Shown here one piece after another: positions 11,501 to 23,500 of a stretch of DNA of 64,000 nt (within the stretch, counting starts at the first letter, position 1; the number at the start of each line of letters is the position of its first letter). Origin of the DNA: Antedon mediterranea (taxonomy: Eukaryota; Animalia; Echinodermata). The stretch covers positions 8,608,201 to 8,672,200 of the forward strand of contig NC_092670.1 in NCBI RefSeq assembly GCF_964355755.1. Direction: 5' to 3'. The position numbers and the translations under genes were made by a program. Below the pieces are notes generated by a model that was not told the DNA's origin, did no database searches, and saw nothing but the letters and a program-made list of their open reading frames with translations.

Positions 11501-14500
11501 GCAATTATTTTGTCAAACTTGCCTACTACTACTAACTTTAAAAAATGTGGGACAATTGACTTACTGTGTATGAAATGCCAATTTCCTCTCACTGTTTAAG
11601 TTGATGTCACTTGGTTGGTTAAACCTTAGGTACATAATGTGAAAAGATCATCTTATAAGTCTTTAAATGGAGATTTACCCGAATACTGTACCATTCATAT
11701 TTGAAATTTGATAATGAAAATCATGAACATTTTACCAGAAATACAGTATTGTTTCATTTTATTTACTTTGCCTCAAAACAATATATAAAAATACAATACA
11801 TGGAAAAGAAATAAGAAAAAAAAAATAGAGACAGGATTCCTAGAAGAAATATCTTACTCTTTCTAATGATATTTAAAAAAAATTCCTGTTTGACCTTTGT
11901 TACATTTTTAGTCTTTCTTTGTTTATTCACCTTACTTTAATTATTACCATATATTACATTTCTTTTGGAGACTCAACTTAAAGGCTCCTTTTGGTTTATT
12001 TGAGTCACAAGACATAAAACAAAGTGAAGTTAGTTAAATAAGATATGTTTTTACGTTTTTTGTTATTTATTTGAAAAAAATATATAATTAAATGAATTTA
12101 TGAGGTGTATCTTTACTTCTTCGGTAGTTCACACCTAGAGCCCCTTTTTTGACATGCCAATTTTTTATCTACATTTCTGAAGTCTTCTTAAAAAAACAGG
12201 TCAATTTGAATTAGAGATACTGAACAGACTTGTACATCCAAATGCATTAACCACATCAAACAAAGTAATGTACAATACATTTTAACAAAAATAATGTAAA
12301 CCTTGAACATGTCTAATTCTTTTTTCCTGTCATGGAATTAAAGTATAGTGCACCCAATGTAATGACATAACATAGTATTGTATTTCATCTTTATTACATT
12401 ACAAAGTGAGAGAGATACATTTGCAAAATAAATAAAAACATACTGTTACTTTTGTATTATCATGGCAGATGTCTGTAGACTATAGTACTAAATTACAATT
12501 AAATCATAAGTTCAATTATATTATTATAGTAGGCCTTAATGATTATGATTTATTTCAGAATGGAAACACCCCACTACATCTATATCTTAGCATATTCACT
12601 ACAAAGTTTGGCTATCCTCAGATGAGAGGTGTTGAATTAGAGATACTGAACACTCTTGTACATCCAGATGCATTAACCACATCAAACAAAGTAATGTGTC
12701 ACGAAATTTTAACAAAAATAATGTAAACCTTGAACATGTCTAATTCTTTTTTCCTGTCATGGAATTAAAGTATATTGCACCCAATGTAATGACATAACAT
12801 AGTATTGTATTTCATCTTTATTACATTACAAAGAGAGAAAGATACATTTGCAAAATAAATAAAAACATACTGTTACTTTTGTATTATCATGGCAGATGTC
12901 TGTAGACTATAGTACTAAATTACAATTAAATCATAAGTTCAATTATATTATTATAGTAGGCCTTAATGATTATGATTTATTTCAGGATGGAAACACCCCA
13001 CTACATCTATATCTTAGCATATTCACTACAGAGTTTGGCTATCGTCGGATGAGGGATGTTGGATTAGAGATGAGGGGTGTTGAATTAGAGATACTGAACA
13101 CTCTTGTAAATCCAGATGCATTAACCACATCAAACCAAGTAATGTACAATACATTTTAACAAAAATAATGTAAACCTTGAACATGTCTAATTCTTTTTTC
13201 CTGTCATGGAATTAAAGTATAGTGCACCAATGTAATGACATAACATAGTATTGTATTTCATCTTTATTACATTACAAAGTGAGAAAGATACATTTGCAAA
13301 ATAAATAAAAACATACTGTTACTTTTGTATTATCATGGCAGATGTCTGTAGACTATAGTACTAAATTACAATTAAATCATAAGTTCAATTATATTATTAT
13401 AGTAGGCCTTAATGATTATGATTTATTTCAGGATGGAAACACCCCACTACATCTATATCTTAGCATATTCACTACAGAGTTTGGCTATCGTCGGATGAGG
13501 GATGTTGGATTAGAGATGAGGGGTGTTGAATTAGAGATACTGAACACTCTTGTAAATCCAGATGCATTAACCACATCAAACCAAGTAATGTACAATACAT
13601 TTTAACAAAAATAATGTAAACCTTGAACATGTCTAATTCTTTTTTCCTGTCATGGAATTAAAGTATAGTGCACCAATGTAATGACATAACATAGTATTGT
13701 ATTTCATCTTTATTACATTACAAAGTGAGAAAGATACATTTGCAAAATAAATAAAAACATACTGTTACTTTTGTATTATCATGGCAGATGTCTGTAGACT
13801 ATAGTACTAAATTACAATTAAATCATAAGTTCAATTATATTATTATAGTGGCCTTAATGATTATGATTTATTTCAGGATGGAAACACCCCACTACATCTA
13901 TATCTTAGCATATTCACTACAAAGTTTGGCTATCCTCAGATGAGGGGTGTTGAATTAGAGATACTGAACACTCTTGTACATCCAGATGCATTAACCACAT
14001 CAAACAAAGTAATGTACAATACATTTTAACAAAAATAATGTAAACCTTGACCTGTCTAATTCTTTTTTCCTGTCATGGAATTAAAGTATAGTGCACCAAT
14101 GTAATGACATAGCATAGTATTGTATTTCATCTTTATCATATTACAAAGCGGGAAAAATACTGTACATTTGCAAAATACAATAAAGAAATAAACATATAAC
14201 TGATACGTTAATTATTAATTGTAGATTTAATATGAATTGATGGTTTTTAAATAGATAATATTTATCATTGCAGATGTTTGTAGATCAGTACTAGCACTAG
14301 AGCCTTAGCAAAAAGCAAATTCAAAAGAGAAATGAAAACATACTATTTGTTTGTATAGTGATATTTATTTATTTTATAAGAGAATTATATTGTATATATT
14401 TGAGAGAAAGTGTATTTAAAAAAAAAAAAAAAATGTTTATGTATATTAATTTTATTTTAGACAGGTAGCCCTAATTTATTTATATAACTATTTATACTTC

Positions 14501-17500
14501 AATGTTTAGGGGCTGAACTCGATTAGTTTTAACTATTTTTTAGCCCTTCCCTTGATATAATTATTATTATTTGTATATTACAATGTTTATAATTTATATT
14601 TATGGGTAAAATAAAGAAAGAAAGAAAGAATCTTAAAGTAGCAACAGTAAATCAGTAGGCCTAATGAGTATAATTTATTTCAGTATGGAAACACCGCACT
14701 ACATCTATATCTTAGCTTATTCTCTACAAAGTTTGGCTATGATCTGATAAGGGGTGTTAATGAATTAGAGATACTGAACAGTCTTTTACATCCAGATGCA
14801 TTAACCACATCAAACAAAGTAATGTACAATACATTTTAACAAAAATAATGTAAACCTTGAACATGTCTAATTCTTTTTTCCTGTCATGGAATTAAAGTAT
14901 AGTGCACTCAATGTAATGACATGGCATACTAGTACAGTATTGTATTTCATCTTTATCATAATAATTAAAAAGCGGGAAACATACTGTACATTTGCAAAAT
15001 ACAATAAAGAAATAAACTAATGACTTATACAAATAAATTGTTGATTTAATATGAATTGATCATATATTGTAACTTAGGCCTTAATAATTATGATTCTTTG
15101 CAGGATAAAGACACACCACTACATCTATATCTAAGGAGTTCTGAAGTTAAATTAGAAATAGTAAACTGTCTCCTAACCAAAGGTGCATCAACCACATCTC
15201 CAAACAATGTATGTACATTTAATTTTACAAGTAGTTCATAAAGAGTAGGCCAATCCATCCCTTGATAATTATGATTGCAGAATGGATACACACCACTACA
15301 TCTATATCTAGGAAGGAGTTCTGAAGTTAAATTAGAGATAGTAAACTACCTCATAACCAATGGTGCATCAATCACAACTCCAAACAATGTATGTACATTT
15401 AATTTAATACAAGTAGTTTATAAACCATACAGCAATATTCCTAGGTATTAGACATTTCAAGTCTAAACAACACAGCCCCCACTGATAAGAAAGTGCTTAT
15501 TTTCAACAAGCTGGTGTAACACAAATAAAATCCCAAAAATTATGAAACATAGGGGAATCTATAGATCGATAATTATTGGAATGTATGATCAATAGAAATG
15601 TTTTGCATGCACCTGGCCTTCAAGGCTCCTTTTGGTTTATTTGAGTCACCAGACATAAATGTATCTACATTTCTAAAGTCTTCTTAAGACAAGGATCATG
15701 AGATTGAGCACATGCAGTTTAACACATTATATTGCACATTGTGGAAGATACATTTGTAAAATACAGAAACAAATGTAAAGGCCAATTGTATTCATCTAGA
15801 AACCAATCTATCCCTTGATAATTATGATTCTTTGCAGAATGGATACACACCACTACATCTATATCTAGGAAGGAGTTCTGAAGTTAAATTAGAGATAATA
15901 AACTGTCTCGTAACCAATGGTGCATCAATCACAACTCCAAACAATGTATGTACATTTAATTTTATAAATAGTTTATTAACGGTAAGCCAACATTTCTAAT
16001 TGCAATAATAGGTATTAGACATTTTAGATCAAAAAACACAGCTTAAATTAAAAATTGATTAAGTTATAAATTAAATTAATAAAATAAATTAAAAATAAAT
16101 TGATTTAATTAATTAAAATTGGAATACATATTTGATTGATTGATTGACTGAATTTCTTTATTAACCAGATTCGCATAATACATTCAATATAAAAACAATT
16201 AAATCATGAGAAACAATTAAATGTCTGTGAATTACCAATTTTGTTTTAGTAAGACTTTATAGCTAAACAATTTTTTTTAATCGTTGATAATCCAAAGTAA
16301 AAGCCAATTGTATTTCATCTAGTAGCCCTTGATAATTATGATTCTTTGCAGGATGGAGACACACCACTACATCTATATCTAAGAAGTCATGAAGTTAAAT
16401 TAGAGATAGTAAACTACCTCATAACCAATGGTGCATCAATCACAACTCCAAACAATGTATGTACATTTAATTTAATACAAGTAGTTTATAAACCATACGG
16501 CAATATTCCTAGGTATTAGACATTTCAAGTCTAAACAACACAGCCCCCACTGATAAGAAAGTGCTTATTTTCAACAAGCTGGTGTAACACAAATAAAATC
16601 CCAAAAATTATGAAACATAGAGGAATCTATAGATCGATGATTATTGGAATGTATGATCAATAGAAATGTTTTGCCCGCACCTGGCCTTCAAGGCTCCTTT
16701 TGGTTTATTTGAGTCACCAGACATAAATGTATCTACATTTCTAAAGTCTGAAGTCTTCTTAAAACAAGGATCACGACATTGAATAGAACATGCAATGTAA
16801 CGCATTATATTGCACATTGTGGAAGATACATTGCAAAATACAGAAACAAATGTAAAGGTGAATTGTATCTAGAAACCAATCTATCCCTTGATAATTATGA
16901 TTCTTTGCAGAATGGATACACACCACTACATCTATATCTAGGAAGGAGTTCTGAAGTTAAATTAGAGATAATAAACTGTCTCGTAACCAATGGTGCATCA
17001 ATCACAACTCCAAACAATGTATGTACATTTAATTTTATAAATAGTTTATTAACGGTAAGTCAACATTTTTAATTGCAATAATAGGTATTAGACATTTTAG
17101 ATAAAAAAAACACAGCTTAAATTAAAAATTGATTAAGTTATAAATTAAATTAATAAAATAAATTAAAACTAAATTGATTTAATTAATTAGAATTGGAATA
17201 CATATTTGATTGATTAATTGACTGAATTTTTTTATTAACCAGAGTCGCATAATACATTCAATATAAAAACAATTAAATCATGAGAAACAGTTAAATGTCT
17301 TTATCAGAATGCCCTGTGAATTACCAATTTTGTTTTAGTAAGACTTTATAGCTAAACAATTTTTTTAAATCGTTGATAATCCAAAGTAAAAGCCAATTGT
17401 ATTTCATCTAGTAGCCCTTGATAATTATGATTCTTTGCAGGATGGAGACACACCACTACATCTATATCTAAGAAGTGATGAAGTTAAATTAGAGATAGTA

Positions 17501-20500
17501 AACTACCTCATAACCAATGGTGCATCAATCACAACTCCAAACAATGTATATGTACATTTAATTTTACAAGTAGTTCATAAACAGTAGGCCAATAATCCTA
17601 GGTAGACATTTCAAGTCTAAACAACACAGCCCCCACTGATAAGAAGTGCTTATTTTCAACAAGCTGGTGTAACACAAATAAAATCCCAAAAATTATGAAA
17701 CATAGAGGAATCTATAGATCGATGATTATTGGAATGTATGATCAATAGAAATGTTTTGCCCGCACCTGGCCTTCAAGGCTCCTTTTGGTTTATTTGAGTC
17801 ACCAGACATAAATGTATCTACATTTCTAAAGTCTGAAGTCTTCTTAAAACAAGGATCACGACATTGAATAGAACATGCAATGTAACGCATTATATTGCAC
17901 ATTGTGGAAGATACATTGCAAAATACAGAAACAAATGTAAAGGTGAATTGTATCTAGAAACCAATCTATCCCTTGATAATTATGATTCTTTGCAGAATGG
18001 ATACACACCACTACATCTATATCTAGGAAGGAGTTCTGAAGTTAAATTAGAGATAATAAACTGTCTCGTAACCAATGGTGCATCAATCACAACTCCAAAC
18101 AATGTATGTACATTTAATTTTATAAATAGTTTATTAACGGTAAGCCAACATTTTTAATTGCAATAATAGGTATTAGACATTTTAGATAAAAAAACACAGC
18201 TTAAATTAAAAATTGATTAAGTTATAAATTAAATTAATAAAATAAATTAAAAATAAATTGATTTAATTAATTAGAATTGGAATACATATTTGATTGATTA
18301 ATTGACTGAATTTTTTTATTAACCAGAGTCGCATAATACATTCAATATAAAAACAATTAAATCATGAGAAACAGTTAAATGTCTTTATCAGAATGCCCTG
18401 TGAATTACCAATTTTGTTTTTAATAGTAAGACTTTATAGCTAAACAATTTTTTTAAATCGTTGATAATCCAAAGTAAAAGCCAATTGTATTTCATCTAGT
18501 AGCCCTTGATAATTATGATTCTTTGCAGGATGGAGACACACCACTACATCTATATCTAAGAAGTGATGAAGTTAAATTAGAGATAGTAAACTACCTCATA
18601 ACCAATGGTGCATCAATCACAACTCCAAACAATGTATGTACATTTAATTTTACAAGTAGTTCATAAACAGTAGGCCAATATTGAAACCAATTATATCAAT
18701 ATTGAAACCGTGAACTAGGCCTACTGCAATTAATTTGTTTTAGATATTCAACTAATCAATTATATTGATTAAAGGCATTTACTTTACGTGAACTACAAAA
18801 TGTTTTAGTAATTTAACTATTATTGAAGGCCTTTACTTTTACGTGAACTACAATGTGATTTTGTGATTCAACTGAATCGTGAACTAGGCCTACAATTTAT
18901 TTGTTTTATATATTCAACTATCAATTATAAAGGCCTTTTTTACGTGAAATACAATTTGTTTTAGTAATTTAACTAATTATTTATGCTATTTATTAATCAT
19001 TTTATCAAATTTAGGTCCGATTCAATGTTACTATAGGAGGCTAATTGAACTAATTATTTATGCTATTTATTAATCATTTTATCAAATTTAGGTGCGATAC
19101 AATGTTACTATATAGGAGGCCTGGTAGGCCTCGGAGGGAAACACCTTTACTGTTTATATTATCGATTATTTCTATTGCTTGCTCTATTTATAATTATAAA
19201 TGGTGTCTACTACGACCGATATATAAGTAGGCTACGAAAGTTGTTATTTGATCATTTTGTTCCAAAATTAACAAGATGCTGTTGTCATGATATATTGTGA
19301 TCGTTAAAGCCCCACTCACTGTCACCCACTTTGATAACTATGCTTTTGGTCTCTTGGTACGGTCATGTTAGAGACTGTTTCAGTAATTGATGACCCCTAT
19401 TAACGGTTTCCTCCTGTGTGTAACGTTCAGATAATATATATAATAATATAATATGTATATTATACGTATACTGTTCTTTACAATTATATTATTTGCATGA
19501 TTAATACCAATTGTTGTAAAGTTTTTACATCATTACAGGAGAATTAATGTACATTTTGTTTTACAAATAAATAAATCTATTGAGTAACTTTTCCAATTTT
19601 ACGTTCCTATAACGACCGATTGCTGTCAAGTTCAATTTCCAGAGGCGTTGGTCATGTTTTCGAGGACCATTCGGGTACACCCACTAGAGGGTGTGCGCGA
19701 GCGAAACGAGCGAACCCTCTAGTCAAAGTAATTATTTTGGTCAATATTGACAGGATTCCCAAAAAGTTAATCTAATTACTCTAGATTAACTAGTCTCCTA
19801 ATTGCACCGATTTAAAATATATGTAAAATATATATATACATTAAAAATGTGTAAAAATACAACTTTATACTATATTATATTACATACAGAATAATACAAT
19901 GATGATGATGATTTAGTTGCAAACCATTTTTAATAGAAAAATGTAATGCAGAAAACTATATAAGCATTCAATTAAAAGGATATGGCTTAAATATTTTAAA
20001 AAGTAAGAAGATAAGACTAGAGATACATTAACCACAAACAAAGTAATTTACTATAATAGTGCATCCAATGTAATGATATAACACAGTAATACATTATTAT
20101 CATTGCACATTGTGCAAGATATGCACAGTGTGCAAGATACATTTTGCAAAATAAAGAAAACAAACAAACTGTTATTTTAATTGATTTGATATGAATTTAT
20201 ATGGTATTTAAATTATTATTAGTGCAGATGTTTAGATCAGTATTAGAGCCTTTTTTAAATCTTAAAGAAGCAACCATTTTATATTATCTAGTTTTAAACC
20301 AGTAGGCATAAGATAATTATGATCTATATTTGAGTATAGTCCATCATACAGAGTTTAGCTTATCATCTGATAAAGTGTGGTATTAAATTAGAGAAACTGT
20401 CCAGTCTTGTTCATAAAGATGCATTAAAGGGGGGTTCCGGGTTTAAAATGAATAGTAAAAAATGTAAAATATATTTGTTTGTCTCTTGAACGGTAAAAGT

Positions 20501-23500
20501 TTCAATTTATATAAGCGCCCAGTGAAGCAGAACGAAGGCTGTGAAATGAGGCCAGATTGCAAGTGCAGCTACGGCGATATGACACTGTGTTTACAGAATA
20601 GGAAATTCGTGAAATGGTCAATGTTCCGACGACTCGTTATCATTAACCATATCAATTACTTTTGTGAAATTATACTTATCTAAAGTAATTTTAGTCGGTC
20701 TTCCCATTTATAAAGTCAATTTTCTATGAAAATTCATCAAAACAGTGAAAAATTAGATATGTTTGCACTTTACGTTTGCCGATTTTCGCACTGACTTAAA
20801 GAAAGCCTTCAAAATCAATGAAGCGTAACGTATGCATTCCTGCTGAGCGAGACGACGATACACGTGCTCTACCTGCCCATGCCTGGCATGTCACGTGATA
20901 AGCAGATACAGTACAATACCAAACTGGTCGGGTCGAGTATACCCCGTCTATAATCACAACATGAACGATGTACAGTATTTGGTTGAAGGTCGACTCGACC
21001 TACCGGAATGGTATAGATAATATAGCTCGAATGAGAGAGTTGGAATATTTGTTAACATAAGTATATTGCTAATTTTAACAAGCCTATAATACTTTATTAA
21101 AAGGCCTGGTAGTATCAATTCGCATATAGGGTCTATTACACTAGCTAGCTCAATTTTTAACTGGGCCGAATCGGCTAGGTCTCCTTCCTACTACCTGGTC
21201 TACTTGCTTGATGCAGTATCTGCTTTTTTGGAGAGTAAACTAGGCCTATTTTAGGCCTACTTTTAGACGATCGGGACACCATACGTGCGGACGTACCTTT
21301 TTTGCCTCAATATTTACAGCCGATTTTGTAGAATGTTTTAGGTTTAGATTGTTTAGGAGTTTGGTTGATAGGATAGGTTTGGAATCCACCGAGTTTTATT
21401 ATTATGGGCCAATCGTTTAGTAGGCTAGCTAGGCCCATGATGGGCCCCAATGTTTTAACGTAGCCATCGTGGCATGGAATCCCTAGTCAGAATGGCTCTC
21501 ACCCATGAAAACAAATGATTTAGGCTAGGCCTAGCCTAGTACGTGAAGCCGATAATACGATCTGTACTATTCGAGGTATAAAAATAGTATATAATTTAAG
21601 ACTCCGTAATCTTTACTAAATGTTGTATTTATGTCAAATAAATATATGCTACTACTGTTATTATTACACTTTAGGCCTAGCTTAGAAAATCTACAAAAAA
21701 TGTATTTCACAATGATCGGGTGGTTGTCGTTTGACAGGGGAGAGAGATTTGAAGTTAACAAACACAACGTACACTTTTAGATACTGATCACAGAATAGTA
21801 ATCACAACATTCAACTTAAAATGGCATCGCGTTAACAAACAAAACACTAACAAAAACACCAACTTATTTGCATGTGAAAAGCTAGTGACAAGCAAAGAAA
21901 CTAGGAATTTATACGTAGAAAAACTGAAAGAATGCATAGATGTTGTTGTGAAACCGGATCAGCCAACCGTTACATGGCAGGAATTGAAAAGCGTCGTGAA
22001 GGCAGCTGCAAAACATACAATAGGACCAAAACAAAAGGTCGGCTACAACAAAAGGACATACGATGACACAACCCAACGCCTATCAACGCAGCAAAAAGAA
22101 CTTAGACTACAAATAGCTAACTGCAAGTCGGAAATCGAACGTACATCATTAAAGCAAAAAAGAAACAAAATCATGCATGACATTCAAAAAAGAGTAATTG
22201 AAACACGCAACAAAGAACTTGATCAGAAAAGTTTGGATATCGACAAAGCGATAGGGGGCGCCCAAATGTTTAAAGCAGTGAAAGATCTTAGTAGAAAACC
22301 ATTCGAAAATCCAAAAGTGTTTGATGCTAACAAAAAGTTTATTGCCTCACCAAATGGAATAGCGAAAGTAATTGGCAATCACTTCAAAAATAAATTTTAC
22401 GACGGAAGCAAACGAAATATAGATTCATTTGAGGGAAATCCTAGGCCATTAAATAAAGAAATCAGTGAAGAGGAAGTAACCAAGAGTCTTAAACGCCTAA
22501 ACAACAGTCGAGCAACAGGTGAGGATGGTATCCCAGGAGAACTACTAAAATACGGTTCCCCTGTTCTAGCTCCAATGATTTCAGACATTTTAAATCAAAT
22601 ATTTACAAAACATGAATTCGTGGATATTAATAAAGGAACACTCATAGCACTACCAACACCGGGTAAGGAAAAGGGTCCAACTAAGAATTTACGACCTGTT
22701 ATTCTACTTAACACCATACGCAAGTGCCTATCGCTTATAACACTGGATAGAATTACATCGAAAGTAGACGCATTCTTACCACAAAGCCAAAGTGGGTTTC
22801 GCAAAGGCAGAAGCACAAGTGATATAGTTTTTACACATAGATGGCTTATAGCTAAAGCACAAAAAGAAAAAATAAATATTTACATAACCGGTATAGATAT
22901 GTCCAGCGCGTTTGACACAGTGGATAGAAACAAACTCCTCGACATACTCAAACATATTATAGACGAAGATGAACTTAGGATCGTTAGATTTCTGCTGAGT
23001 GAAACCGGACTAAATCTAAAAATAAAAGGTGCAAAAGAACAGCCAATATTCCTAACCAACATCGGCACCCCTCAAGGAGATAGCTTAAGCCCGGTCTTAT
23101 TCACTGTTTACCTTGAGTCTGCGCTACGAGGAATCAGAACAATTATCCAAACAGAAATACCTCAAGAGATATCATATGCTGATGATGTAGATTTTTTTAG
23201 TCTAAATAGCAAGCATAATGTAAACAAATTAGAACGCCATTTATCAACTTTCAACTTAAATGTAAATAAAGAAAAAACAGAACACACTATCGTAAGACGA
23301 GAAAAAGAGGACATACAAGAACAATGGAGAAACACGAAAAAAGTAGGATCGCTCCTTGGGGACAGACAAGACATAATTAGAAGAAAACAACTAGCGCGTG
23401 TAGCAATGACCAAACTAAACTCGATGTGGCTTCGAAAAGATAAAACCAAATTAAAAATACGTATCAAGCTGTACAACTCACTAGTTAAAAGTATATTACT

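Noticed and set aside
12469-18157. ORF-track ORFs MSVDYSTK... and MNRTCNVTH... as standalone small genes
   Set aside because: Their N- and C-terminal parts are intron read-through; only the segment between acceptor and donor is conserved across copies.
12469-18633. Repeat / variable-spacer pattern resembling a CRISPR array
   Set aside because: Units are 430-1090 bp exon-plus-intron duplications with GT-AG sites and ankyrin coding; eukaryotic context and no cas genes.
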